Translations under genes and position numbers: made by a program | In this document: one piece after another, positions 26,941-40,945 of the stretch | Layout: the number at the start of each line of letters is the position of its first letter | Position numbering within the stretch: the first letter of the stretch is position 1 | Assembly: GCF_009914755.1 (NCBI RefSeq) | Contig: NC_060930.1 | From: the human T2T-CHM13v2.0 reference genome, Homo sapiens | DNA: 64,000 nt | Strand: one strand, 5' to 3' | Notes under the pieces: generated by a model | Told to the model about the DNA's origin: nothing | The model's input: the letters and a program-made list of their open reading frames with translations, nothing else | Databases searched by the model: none

Positions 26941-28111
26941 AAACAGAATAGAAAACCCAGAAAAAAATCCATGGATTTACAGCCAACTCAATTTTGACAA
27001 AGGCACCAAGAGCATGTATAAGAACATAAATAGTTTATTTAATAAATTGTGCCAGGAAAACTTGATATTCATATGCAGAAGAATGAAACCAGACCCATAT
27101 TTCTTACCACATATAAAAATTAAATCAAAATGAATTAAGAATTTAAATATAAGTTGTAGAACTATGAAATGACTAGAAGTAAACATTAAAGAAATACTTC
27201 AGGATATTAATCTGGACAAAGATTTTATGGATAAACCCTCAAAAGCAAAGGCAACAAAATCAAAAGTAGATAAATGGGATTGCATCAAGCTAAAAACCTT
27301 CTGCACAGCAAAGGAAACAGTCAATAGAGTGAAGAGCCAATCTACAAAATGGGAGAAAATATTTGCAAACTATCCACCTGCTGAGGGATTAATAATCAGA
27401 ATATATACAGAATCAATGAAGTCAATTGCAAAAAAGCAAATAATCTAATTAAGAAATGAATGATAATATAAATTTAACCATGAAAAGACCATTAAGCATA
27501 GAAGAATGATATTCACAATTGGAATATTTTGATAAGAAAGCATTATTTACTCAGAAAAATGACTAGAACAATCTAAAGGCTTCTATAATCACATATTTTC
27601 TATATGCTGTAGGGGAAGCAAAATATTATTTAAGTGTATAGGATATTAGTTTAAGAAATTATGAGCATTAGGCTGTATGAAGTAAGGCCTTATTTTAAGG
27701 AGTAAGAAGATGTGATCATTTTCGTCTGCCTTCATTTAATCATATTTTTGAGTGTGTGATTTATGTGCCTGCATTTACAGAAGCAAATATAGGAAAACAA
27801 CATTATAAAGGAATTCAGAGTTGTGTCATCTGATAAATGTCATCTCCATTGTGCGAGGTGTTAGGATGGTCACGTTCATTTCTGTATCATAAGTCTTGAA
27901 CTCATGTCTTATTCATACTGGATACAAAATAAATATGTGTAAACTGAGTAAAATGATGAAAAAAAATAAAGGTGAACATAGCAGCTGTATTCACATATTT
28001 GATGAAATACTGAAGAACTAGACTGCCTTGAAATTATGCAACCGATAGGATTTTGACCAAAGGATTGACAACCAGAAACAACCATGTTTTCATTAATGAA
28101 GTAGGTCATCC

Positions 28112-29395
28112 CAGTACTATGCTGTTTTAGTTACTGCAGCCTTGCAGTATAAAGTGGGGGAGTTTGATGCCTCCAGCTTTGTTCATTTTTGCTTAGGATT
28201 GCTTTGACATTTGAACTCTGTTTGGTTCCAGATATATTTAAATTTTTTTTTCTTTTTTTTTTTTTTTCTAATTATGTGAAAAACTTTGTTGGTACACACA
28301 CACACACACAAAAGATGCATTGACAAATGGAACAAGTTAGAGAACCAACAAATAAAACCACACACCTACAACCATCCGATCTTTGACAAAGGCAATATAA
28401 ACAAGTAATGGGGAAAGAACTCCCTATTCAATAAATAGTACTGGAATAACTGGCTAGCCATATACAGAATGTTGACACGGTACCCCTATCTTTTACTGTG
28501 TACAAAACTAAGCAAGAATCAACAAGCAAGAACAAACAGCCCCATTAAAAATGGGTAAAGGGCATGAATAGAAAATTCTCAATAGAAGATATAAACATGG
28601 CTAACAAGCATATAAAATCCTTAATATCAGTAATCATTAGGGAAACGCAAATCAAAACCACAATGAGATAAAATCTCACACCAGTCAGAATGGCTATTGT
28701 TAAAAAGTCAAAAAGTAACAGACGGCAGCAAGGCTGCAGAGAAAACAGAATGCTTAATGCTTATACACTACTGGTGGAAATGTAAACTAGTTCAGCCATT
28801 GTAGAAAGCAGTCTGGACATTTTTCAAAGAATTTAAAAGAATAGAACTACCATTCGGCCCAGTAATCCCATTACTGGGTATATACCCAAAGGAATATAAA
28901 TTGTTCCACCATAAAGACACATGCACTGATATATTCATTGCACCATTTACAATAGCAAACTCATGGAAACAACCTAAAGACCCACCATCAGTGGAATGGA
29001 TAAAGAAAATGTGGTACATATGTACAATGGAATACTATGCAGCTATAAAAATGACATCATGGCCTTTGCAACATCATGGATGGAGCTATAAGCCATTATT
29101 CTAAGTAAACTAACACAGGAACAGAAAAGCAAATACTGAACGTTCTCACTTATAAGTAGGAGCTAAACACTGAGTCCATGTGAACACAAAGAAGGGGAGA
29201 GTAGACAATGGGTCCTATTTAAAGGTGGAGGGTGGGAAAAGAGTGAGAACTGAGAAACTACCTACTGGGCTTTATACTGATTATGTTGGTGACAAAATTA
29301 TCTGTACACTAAAACCCAGGGACATGCAATTTACCTAGTTAACAAACCTGCAAAAGTACTTTCTGAACCTAAAATAAAAGTTGGAAAGAAAGAAA
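28112..29395 (+). mobile_element. L1PA15/16-like 3' fragment with 5' inversion (inverted part 28112-28292) and an internal deletion
   Basis: Antisense ORF2 piece, then (CA)n, then sense ORF2 to a 3' UTR ending 'tgaacctaaaataaaagttgg'. Degenerate TSD GAAGTAGGTCATCC (28098-28111) / GAAGTGGATTATCC (29396-29409). Confidence 0.8.
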
Positions 29396-30169
29396 GAAGT
29401 GGATTATCCTTTTCTTTAGTTGATTAAGGGTAGTTTTCAAGACTTATTGTTTTTGTTGCTACAGAAAGCATTCAAAATATAGTCAGTGGTAAAGGGTATT
29501 TAAAAAGATTATTTTAGAGTTTTGTTAAGCCTGTTAGATCTGTAAGTGTATGTTATTTTTTCTCTCAGTTTTCTAATTGTGCAAGTATCAATAAAATCCT
29601 GCTAGCAAAATTAACTGGAATTTTAAGTGTGCTAAAATTTTGCATAATGATAATCGAAAACTGCCAGCTATTTCATTTTAAATGTCAGAGAATTTGAAGC
29701 TGAAAATAACATTAAAGTGACCACAAAACAGTTCATTCATACAAATTAATAAAACTCATTTACTACATTCATTAACTGTAATTAAGAAAGCTCACGAAAT
29801 AACATTAGGAATAACATAGTTAAATTATGAAGTGCGCTGATACACTACTTAATCTGAAAAGTAAGTATTAAACTATTCCTATTTTCCTGTATGAAGGATT
29901 TATGTACCTCTGGCATCACTCTCTCTAGTTGCTATTACTGACTGCTTGTATTTATGAGAGCAATATTTAATTGTTAGAAAGATTCCCCCCCCATCATTGA
30001 ACAGATTCAGCTTACTACTATTTAATAGTGTTATGTTTACCTTGGGCTATTTTGTGACTTTTAACTTCTTTTTAGCAGGAGATGGTATTTATATGGAGAC
30101 AATAATAACAACAAGAAGAGGGGCAGAGATCTGGAGAAAGATCCCTACATGCAAAGAAACTTGCTAATA

Positions 30170-30712
30170 TGAAGACTTGGGAAAGTACCTGTCTGATTCC
30201 AGGAACCTAACAGACAGTGTGACTAAGGAATTTTAAGTGAGGAGCAAAGGGACAAAAAATATCACAGGAGAGCAGTGAAGAGGCCTTTAGGCTAAAAGTA
30301 GTAAGAAAATATCATAGAGTATATAGCAGGGAATTGATATAATCTGCATTCTGATTTTGAAATCACACTGTGGCTGCTTTGCGGAGGATGGATAACAAAG
30401 AAACAAGCATGAGAAGCAGATAGAGTTTATTCCATTATATTAGGGAATGGATGTAAATGGCTTAGAATAGACTATTTATGGTGAGAATAGAATATGAAAG
30501 ATTCTATATACATATATAATTTGGAGACTATACATCCTCATGAGGTATTTGATTTGGAAAAGCAGGAAATATAACAGAAACCAATGATAACTAATAGGGT
30601 TTGACTTGCTCAACTGGACCAATCACTGTCATTTACAGAGATGAGAAATACTGGGAGAGAGACAGATTTAGAATAATGGAGTGAGATGGAAGTCAAGCGT
30701 CTGTTTCTGATG
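30170..30712 (-). mobile_element. L2 fragment (continues at ~31440-31520)
   Basis: Purine-rich antisense L2 motifs ('tttgaaatcacactgtggctgctttg', 'tcatttacagagatgagaaatactggg'). Confidence 0.55.
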
Positions 30713-31430
<718 letters not shown>

Positions 31431-32239
31431 AACAGTGTTAGGTTTTTATGCTTATTAGACATCAAGGTATAAATGTCATGCAGTTGAATATACAAGTCTG
31501 GAGTGTAAGTAACAGTTTACAAATCTGTCAAATACTCACCTCTGCCTGGAGGGCTTGCTAGAATTCTTTCTGATATTTTTCCAAAATCACAGTCCCCAAA
31601 TTTCTGATAATTTTTTAAATAAATTATATTATTATTCTTCAATGTAATATTTCTTCATATAAAAAGAGACATTTTATGGCTGATTTTTATTTGTCATGTA
31701 AAGTCCATGGAAACAGAAGTTTCTAAAATTCAGAGGGCAATAATAAAAATAAAACCGAGGTTGTGCACTAGTATTTTGAGTCAGAGTTTTACTTTTGTCC
31801 CCTTCCACTTCCCCATATATCCTGAGAAATTAATTCTGACTCTTGGTATGAATCCTGAATTATATGGTCAAAACAGTGAAGGTTCTTTAAATGCATTTTA
31901 TTCTTGACATCTATAGATTTTTAAATTTCTCTTTCCAAAAATATTCTTCCTTCGCTTATTTTCTCTCTTATTTTTATCATAACTTTACAAAAAAAATTCT
32001 TCATGAAACATTCTTGTTTTTATAACTCTATGCTCCTTTCTGTTTCTACTTACATAAGTGGAAAAAATAGTAGCTTACTTACCATCTCCCTCTAGCATCT
32101 TACCTCCATATGGCTCAGAAGTATGATCCTTGTTCCTGACTTCATACCATTGAACAGCCTAGACTGATTTCTGCCCTCAACTCGAACTTATAGATTGTAT
32201 GTCTACTATGTTAATTTGCTACTCTCCTTGAAACTCCAT

Positions 32240-32680
32240 TGTTCCAAGCCCTTCCCTGTTCTGTTTTCAAGGAGTTTTGGCCCTACACACGTATCACCCA
32301 ATATCACTTGAATTTTAGCCTCTGATTGGGTTTGGCCAGTAGTATCACAGAAAATTAGAGGGCTGGCTGGAACAGAGAAAGATCAAGGTATTCATCACTC
32401 CTAACAAACCCCTGTCCTTGCCTTGCTTCAATCTGGGGCAATGACTATATTCTATGGTTGCAATTCTTGCTAGGCAGCTTTATTTCTAAAGCTTCAAACT
32501 CTCTGAGGCTTCAGTAATATTTTTCTCACTTCTTGCTCAGGCAATCTGTCACTAATGCTACAGTATACAATCAGACGTTTCTGTGTCTCTTCATCTTGGC
32601 CATACCTGTGTAATGAGTCCTTTTTTCAAAATCTTTTAAATTAAAAACTGAATTTCATGATAGTACTCTGAGTGTTACCC
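32240..32680 (+). mobile_element. ERVL LTR fragment, LTR33-like
   Basis: 'ctgattgggtttggccagt...cagaaaattagaggg...agatcaaggtattcat' resembles LTR33. Confidence 0.5.
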
Positions 32681-33494
32681 TACTGTGTATAAAGCAGTGG
32701 TGTAAGCATTGCAATCATCAGTACATCCAAGGACAAATTAATTCTGCCCAGTTTTGCCATCATGTAAAACCTTTTATTTAGCTGTGTACAGATGTGGTCT
32801 TGGTGGTTCAGCTCAGTCAGTGTCACAGTTTTAAAAAGCACATAGAAATAAGAAGCAATTTACTTTGCTGTTACAACGCTCCACTGCCACTTGGAAAGGG
32901 GAAATGTGCTAAACACAGAATGCTATCTTTCATTGTTCTCTTCTGAAAGAATGTTTCCATAATTCTTCAGAAATCAAAATATGTGTCTGTTGAATTAATG
33001 TCAGGATTGAGTGGTAGCGATTCACTTCCTCCTACACAATTTCAGAGAAGATTGTTTAAAAAAATTGCTTTCACAAAAGTACTTTTGATTTACAGCACAA
33101 ATGTCAGGCAAAAAAAGTTACAAAAATATATTTATATCAAACAAGTAAATTTTAGAATGCTGCTGTAATTTCTTTTCTAAACTAGTCCTGGATTTTGGTA
33201 GATATAAAAGGCCACAGTATCAGTTACAAAAAAATGCACACACATACACACACACTCATATATACATATATGTATACACAGAAAAACACACACTTATATA
33301 GGCATATACATTATCATTTATACACATTTTATGAATTTTGCATTATAAACATATTTTTATTTCTGACCAATAATCGGAGAACACATACAGAAATTCTTTA
33401 GAAAAATATGCATCCGTTACACTCTTTGCTTAATTGGTACAAGTAGTAGGAAGGAACATGCATATTGACAGCTTTTATGTGAATATTCACATCT

Positions 33495-33892
33495 GTCAGT
33501 GTCATCTACAGAAACAGAAGCAGTAGGAGAGAGATGATAGATTGATAGATACATAGGTAGATAGATTGATTTCTGGGAATCTGCTATGTGCTCATATGAG
33601 GTGGTAAGTCTAGTCTAAAATCTGTTGGGCAGGTTGGGATGCTGGGATTGTCCAGCAGTAGCTAATGCTGGAGTCCTGAGATAAAATTACTTCTTCCTCT
33701 AGAAAAGCTCAGGCCTTTCAATTGATTGGATGAGGCTTGACCACATTATCAAGGAAAATCTCCTTTACTTAGTGTCAACTAAATGTAGATGTTAATCATA
33801 TCTACAAAATCCCTTCACAGTGACACCTAGATTAGTGTTTTATTGAATAACTTGATACTATACTCCAGCTAAGTTGATATATAACTATCACA
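33495..33892 (-). mobile_element. ERVL LTR, MLT2D-like
   Basis: 'aggcctttcaattgattggatgaggc...cacattatc...atctcctttactt...gtcaact...tcacag..acacctagattagtgttt...aagttga...tcaca'. Confidence 0.8.
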
Positions 33893-34284
33893 GAGAGTAA
33901 AAAGTCTGATGTCATAGTGACTGATATCTGAATAGTAATTTAAAATAAAACAAAATTACTTTAAAACCCATTATTAGAACTGATCATGTGCAATGGGGTT
34001 GTGACAGAGGTATTAATGTTATTAGACCAATTTTTCACTTGAGGCATATGAACCCAAAGTAGTGTATACAAAGTACCGTGAAAGACAACCTATGGGAAAA
34101 AAGATTTAAATATTAGAAATGTCTCAGAGAAATCCTTAAGGAGAGAGAAACAATAAGAAGATGTTTTTATATTATAGCAACTTATTTGCAAGTATTTTGA
34201 AGAAATCAGCAAGGCTGATAGGATTGGCTCTCATGTCAAAATAAATTTTAAAAACTCATTCATTCATTCATTCATTTTATTTGG

Positions 34285-34430
34285 CCTTTCTCATCTCATT
34301 TTTTTCATGTGTATAATGCGTATAAAAGTCAAGTTAACTTGTACAGCTGTTAAGAGGAATATTAAGGAATTCTATGTGGCATGCTAAGTACAGAGCTGTA
34401 TATATTTTAAGTACATAATATTTGTCAATG
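34285..34430 (+). mobile_element. MIR fragment
   Basis: 'ctcatttttttcatgtgtataatg...gctgttaagagg..attaag' degenerate MIR core. Confidence 0.45.
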
Positions 34431-35299
34431 TACTTACTCTTTATGTAGCAATCTGCAAGATGTATTCTTTGTTAGGTATGTCCCTTCTGTAGAGAGTGAA
34501 TTTTGTTAGCAAGTAATATTTAGAATACTTTCAAACTGCTAGTTACATATCACTTCCTAAATTGCCTTTTAACTTGAGGTGACACAGTAACCCCCTTGCA
34601 TCAAGGAAATTTTCTATGCTTAAAGCTTAAGCACAATATTAAGCACAAGTTATCTGTTTCTAGTGTCAATTCTCAATCCCTAATGAATAAGTGATTGGGA
34701 GAATTCTTTGCCAGAATTTGTTAAGGAGAATATATCTACCGAGTTCCAGAATTTATACAATTCTTTTTTCTGAATTAACTGATCCTCTTGTTTTTATTTA
34801 GATAATTTAGGATTCACATTGTTCCACTGAATGGTCAATTTCTTGCTTCATATCTTTTAACATCCAATGCAGAAAATCATTTTTTTTTTTTTAGTCAATG
34901 GTATTTCTTAACATTAACTGCTTCGTAGACTTCCGCAGTGCTGAAATACAGGAAAGAATGGAATTTCCCTTAATTCATTGTTAAATGCTGTCTTCCGCTA
35001 TTTATTGTCCCAGAAATGACTTGTCTCTGAGATTTTTCATGGTCTTTCAGCATTCGTCTCTAACTCTGAAAAGAAACTACAGTTATTCCCAATTATCATC
35101 TCTGGTCAAGGTTTAAAGCAGACCTCATGAAAACTTACATTAACCTTTGTACTGAGTAAAAACCAAATGAAAATAATGGTTATTTTTTCTTTGACCTTTT
35201 CTTGGTCCCTTGCCATAGAGTCAAAATATAATACTTTAAAAATATAAAAGAAATATGTACCTGAAGTACATTAAAAGGACAATAAAGAAAAATATAAGA

Positions 35300-36560
35300 C
35301 ATAAAGTAAAATTTTAAGAAATAGATTCTTAAAAAATAAGAAAATAAAAGTTTGGGGACAAACTAGGAAAAATTGTCTATTACATATGATGGATACATTA
35401 TTTATATTTTTAGCATTGACAAAATACAAAATGACATATATTGTCAAAAACAATGAGAAACTCCTGAAAACATAATTTGGCAAAATTTTTAAATAAACAT
35501 TCTGCACAAGAAAAATATCAGTGTTTAATAATAAACACATAAAAATATCTACACTTAATTGTAGTAACAAATATGAAATTAAGTAATATAAAAATACCAT
35601 GCTTTGCCTATTAAATTGGTAAGATTTAAATCTGCGTGTTTATGTATTCAGGTATCCATCTGTCTGCCAGTGTGAGTAAGAGCCTGGTAAGGAGACATTA
35701 TGTGACACTGTTGATAGTAGTATGAAGTGGCACAAACTTCTAGAAAGCAAGAGGAAAAAGAAATGAAAATATCTAAAAATAATGTATACTCTTTACACAG
35801 AAAATCCTCTTGTAGGAATTTATAATTCTGCTGGGTGTTAATATATGTGTCCCCGCCAAATTCATATGTTAAAATCCTGACTGTCAAGGTTATGATATTA
35901 AGAAGTGGGGCCTTTTGAGAGGTGATTAGGTTATGAGGGCAGAGCTTTCATAAATAGGATTCATGCCCTTTTAAAAGAGGACTCAGAGAGTTAATTTATC
36001 CTTCTGCCATGTGAGGACACAGAAGGCATCGTCTATGAGGAAAAGTTCCTCACTAGAAATGGAATCTGCTGGCCCTTTGATCTTGGACTTCCCAGCCTTC
36101 AGAATTGTGAGAAATAACTTTCTGTTGGTTAGAAGCTACCTACTCTATAGTATTTCCTTTTGGCAGCCCAAATGAACCAAGGCAAACTGTAAAAAATTTA
36201 AAAAAAAAGAAAAAAAACAGTGTATAAGGATATTCATCACAATATGATTTCTAACAATGCAAAATAAGAAAAAAGTCTGTTTCCTCAAATATTAAATTGC
36301 CTAAGTAAATGTCATTCTGTATAACTCTTTGAAGTCAAATTGTAGAATACACTATTACATGAGTAGAGGAAGCAAGTTTAGAAAGTAAGCCTAGAAAGCA
36401 AGCCCTCAAATCAGAACTTGTAGTGCTTACACCATGTATATTAGGCAAAAATATCAAAAGTGTTTTACTTAGTGATGTGAAAATATGGATGAACTCTTTT
36501 TTTGGATTTTATCCAATTTCTTTCGCAGTAAATATGAACTGGTTTCCTATTAAATAATAT
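35300..36560 (+). mobile_element. Degenerate L1ME 3' fragments flanking an MLT1A
   Basis: 'gtgacactgttgatagtagtatgaagtggcacaaacttctagaaagcaa', 'aggatattcatcaca' L1M 3' motifs. Confidence 0.45.
35829..36184 (+). mobile_element. MaLR solo LTR, MLT1A/MLT1A0
   Basis: 'gtgtcccc.ccaaattcatatgtt...ggtgattagg...catgtgaggacacag...tgatcttggacttcccagcc...gcagcccaaatgaaccaaggca'. Confidence 0.85.
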
Positions 36561-39170
36561 CAAATTATGAAAACGAATAAAATGTAGAAAATGTGTTGGA
36601 AGAACATTTCTATTTTTTAATGTAAAAAAACAAATCCTTAGATCTAATAAATGACAATATGAGAAATGGAGTAAAAAGTATATTTTTTACTTCCTCTAGT
36701 AACAGTGATATAGAAAGCAAATCTGCAACGAATTGATCTGTAATTAGGTTTAATTTTGATCTTGATGTAGATTTTAAGAGTTTTTTTTTGGGACCATAAA
36801 TTGCATTATAAATAACATTTTATATTTATTTAATTATGGCAGGAAGTAGAAAAAAACAGCTAATTATGTAAACAGAAAACATATTTTGTGCAATGCTATG
36901 AATCGGGTTATTGAGAGTTGTGTATAGGCAGGCCTGTGGTCCCTTTCAGCATTGTTAACTCTTCATCCATAATTTCTAATGAAGTCTATTGAACTGTACA
37001 CTGGGGACAATATATCTGTTTAAAAATGAATTTCTGAGCTTCAAGGGTTTCTTTTTGATCTAAAGAAATTGCACACTCCAATTCATTATGCATATTTGAC
37101 CTAATGCTCATCTATTCTAAATAAAAAAAGGACAGAAGAGCTATGTTTTCTCCTGTTAAATAAAATAAAATTGTCATTGTGAACATTAATAGAAACTTCA
37201 TGTATTGATCTAATCTTTAGCTAAGTGTTGTGGATGTCTGCTTTTGATTTTGTCACTTGGCTCTAAAGCTTGTCAATATTTTATTGATTGGAAAATGGAA
37301 AGTCAATGGTTTTATTCACTATGGCCAATATAAAGTTTAGTATAGCCTCATAATCAGACATAGGAAGAACTAATAGGTATAGAATTATGTTAGAAATTTA
37401 TTGTTAGACATCATTATTATTTAAAAGAAATTATAGAGAATGACATATATTCAAGCCTCTAAAGACAATTTGCATTTATTTTTTCAGATTAATTGCAGTA
37501 ATAAGCTGATGAAAATCCTAGTTACCATACTGTGATGGCATATTTTATACCCATGAATCAATATTTGACTTGTTATATAAATATCTTATTACAGTTTCTT
37601 TGTATATAGAAAATGAGTAAACTAGTCCAACACCAAAACAAGAAAGGACTATAAAATTATGTCAAGGCAGGCAGGCATGCTTTCTCAGCTGCTGGGTGAA
37701 ATACTTGTTTCAAGTGAAAAATTCCAACTTTTATTTTACCTTATGCTTTTTAATATATCGTGCTATTTAATCTTCTATCTGGATCAGTGCTTACATGCCC
37801 ATTTTGAAGGTCTCTTTGCTGTACTAGATGCTCTTCGATTTAAAGGCATTCTTAGGTCATTAGTTTCATAAGTAACATTTTTTCAGGTCACTAGGTTCTC
37901 AGAGTCCCTTTTTTATGATATATTTTACTTGATATTTCTGTACATGGTTTCTTGATAGACTCCTCTGGGTAAAAGAGCAAAAGAGAATAAAGGGCAAAAT
38001 ATGTAGGCTGTAACCTAAACAGCATTGCCAGATTGTATTAAACTCTACTTTATTTGAGCAGATAGAGTGCACAGACCAATTTTCTGGTTGTAAAGGGGCA
38101 TTTTTTAAAGGTGTGCAGCAATGAATGTGTGTGAGTGTGCATGTGTGTGCTATGTGTATATTGATAAATAGACTTAAAATATTTCTTCAATTCTAGTCAC
38201 AGTTACAAAGAGACAAAATCTGTTGAAAAACACAACACTTTCTGTTGAAAGTGTCATTTCATGTTCTTAACTTTCTCTACCCAGAACGAACTTTGTTTGA
38301 ATAAAAGGAAGTACATATTATCTTGAATTATAACACTTGTTGATATAAACATAAAATAGGAAGACAGGAAATGGTTTCACTATCTTTTCTGGAGAAGGTG
38401 AAATTGTGCATTTAAATCCTTGAGGAACGAACTCTATCTTACATTTGCCTAAATCCTTTGGGATATATGGAAGGCACTATTTGTCTCCTACTTTCCTTAC
38501 CCTCAAGACATGAAAAGCAAGCACGATTTTGAGAGAACAAATCCACATTGTGGAAACTTAAGAATAACAGTCTGGTATAAAAGAACTAGGGGAAAGCTAA
38601 AGTGATAAAAACAACAAAAGTCATTCTGGAAAAGCCAAGGACCAAGTGGCAGGAACACTCCTTTAATGGAGGATAAATTCAGAGACTGTGAGGTAAGAAC
38701 TTCTGGAGAACAGTCCCGAGTTTTCCTGAGAGAGTCTGAGTGACAACCTGTTAAATATAAGTGGGGAAAGTCCAGGGCAATTGCTGACCAAAGTTGCCAC
38801 CAAGTGGGGAATATGTGGTTCCAGAGCTTGTGTTTAGATGGTTAAAGGGACCCAGATAGAATGTCATTGATGTTTTACCCAAAATGTAGATTAAAAATAT
38901 CAACTGAGTAAAAATTAGATTATTTAAGGTAATTTTTTGAGTGGCTTAGCCCTGTCATATTTGTCTCTTATGTGCATAAAATAGGCAAATATTTTGGGGT
39001 TCAATTGGGTAGCAGGAAATATTTAAATATGATGATTATAATTCATATCCATGAAATAAATGATAAAGTGTTTTAAAGTATTTGTTTAAGCAGAAACTAA
39101 AACCAACTATTTTGTGGGGCATTAAATAAGGAAATAACTGGAATATCTTAGTGTTTTCTTTCAATGCTGA

Positions 39171-39172
<2 letters not shown>

Positions 39173-39211
<39 letters not shown>
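39173..39211 (+). repeat. (TG)n microsatellite
   Basis: About 19 perfect TG units. Confidence 0.95.
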
Positions 39212-39216
<5 letters not shown>

Positions 39217-39459
39217 CAAAGTTTTTAGGGACAGGACTGATGTATGGTGGTGGGATGGCCCTCATTTTGTTAAAATTTAAAACCCTGGACAGTAATCTGC
39301 CTGGAAGAAAAGTTGAACTGTCTTTGCTCTAAAGTTTCTTTAAAGCGAAGGGACAAGACATCTAATGAAGCAGTTCTGACTGCTTCAACACATAGATGCA
39401 TGCTTATAGTAGCTGTTTATTTGCTTGATTATTTAATTTTTTTACTTATACTCACTCCA

Positions 39460-39837
39460 GTGTGACAGGCACAGTCAGAAGCCAGCCCATACAACGTTGG
39501 CATTTCTCATTCCCGTAAATGCTGATGATTTCTTAATGCAACATCTGAAAATTCTTTCTTAAGGATGCTAGGGAGTTAACACCCCAAGTTCAGCTCGCAA
39601 GCAAAAATGGGTGGGGATCAATGGATTAATACATTCATTTTCTCTGCCCTGTGGTGGGAAAGTCTGAGCAGGATTTATACGGTCTCCAAGAGATCCACTG
39701 ATTTACCCACCAGTGGCCCCAATACTAACGCTCACATTAATGTGTCTTTGGTTGTTTTTTTTCCTGTCCAAGTCTCACTTTTATTCCTTTTCCAGTGTTT
39801 CTTTGAACTATCTCTCATAACAACCAAACCTAAGACA
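39460..39837 (+). mobile_element. ERVL LTR, LTR16-like
   Basis: 'gctagggagttaacacccc...aatggattaatac...ccctgtggtggga...ctgag...tccaagag...caaacctaagaca'. Confidence 0.55.
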
Positions 39838-40369
39838 ATCTCTGTTTTTATATAAGTTTTCATGATAGCTTACAAGAATACAAATGATTTAATAAAATAG
39901 AGAGGAGAAATATCAAGTTCCTAAATTATATAATGTAACATAAGCTTAAAAAATTTAAAAGCAGGTATTGAAGTCACTTATGATTAAGAAAAAAATAATG
40001 TTATAATTTTATCAGCATATTATTGAAATTACAATACAGTAATATATTTATTAAAAATCATTACCTTGAAATTTGCCCCCCAAATAATTTTCTGAATATC
40101 ATTATTAGACTTGATTCATTAAATGTTGAAAGCACAAACCAAAATATTTTAGAATTGTTACTATCAGATGATTTTTTTACACAAGAGAAAGTTTCTAATT
40201 GTTTGTGAAAGCCAAACTGTCTTATCAATACTTATGGGCCTTATATTTTTATACCTGAGATGGGACAAAATTTGGATAATGAAAAACCATTGCTAGTTGC
40301 TAAGATACAAGTTATGTGAAGGGAGATGAGTATATAGCACTTTATATCATTGTGCATGTGTGTTTATTT

Positions 40370-40394
40370 TGTGTGTGTGTGTGTGTGTGTGTGT
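40370..40394 (+). repeat. (TG)n microsatellite
   Basis: Direct reading. Confidence 0.9.
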
Positions 40395-40493
40395 ACATTA
40401 CGCATGTAGTCTCTGATTCTCAAATAGTATTAAAATTCAGTATTTTCAACAAGATGGAATACATGAACTTTTCTCTATTTCTCCCTTCAAGTG

Positions 40494-40945
40494 TTTCATG
40501 CGCGTCCGTGTGAAGAGACCACCAAACAGGCTTTGTGTGAGCAACATGGCTGTTTATTTCTCCTGGGTGCAGGTGGGGTGAGTCCGAAAAGAGAGTCAGC
40601 GAAGGGAGATAGGGGTGGGGCCGTTTTATAAGATTTGGGAAGGTAATGGAAAATTACAGTCAAAGGGGGTTGTTCTCTGGTGGGCAGGGGTGGGGGTCAC
40701 AAGGTGCTCAGTGGGGGTGCTTTCTGAGCCAGGATGAGCCAGGAAAAGGACTTTCACAAGGTAATGTCATCAGTTAAGGCAAGGACCGGCCATTTACACT
40801 TCTTTTGTGGTAGAATGTCATCAGTTAAGGTGGGGCAGGGCATATTCACTTCTTTTGTGAGTCTTCAGTTACTTCAGGCCATCTGGGCATATACGGGCAA
40901 GTCACAGGGGATGCGATGGCTTGGGTTGGGCTCAGAGGCCTAACA
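40494..40945 (-). mobile_element. HERV-H 3' LTR (LTR7)
   Basis: Near-identical to 45736-46187. AATAAA on minus at 40553-40558. PPT AAGAAGGCAGGAA (40946-40958) lies immediately upstream on minus. Confidence 0.95.

Larger units (their letters stand above)
22119..27457 (-). mobile_element. L1MA-like element with 5' inversion: 3' part on minus (22119-25420, interrupted by THE1), inverted ORF2 part on plus (25421-27457, interrupted by Alu)
   Basis: L1MA 3' end in antisense at 22120. Orientation flips at ~25420. The plus segment ends at 'aataatctaattaagaaatg', just upstream in L1 coordinates of where the minus segment stops. Candidate TSD GAATGATAA at 22110-22118 and 27458-27466. Confidence 0.8.
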
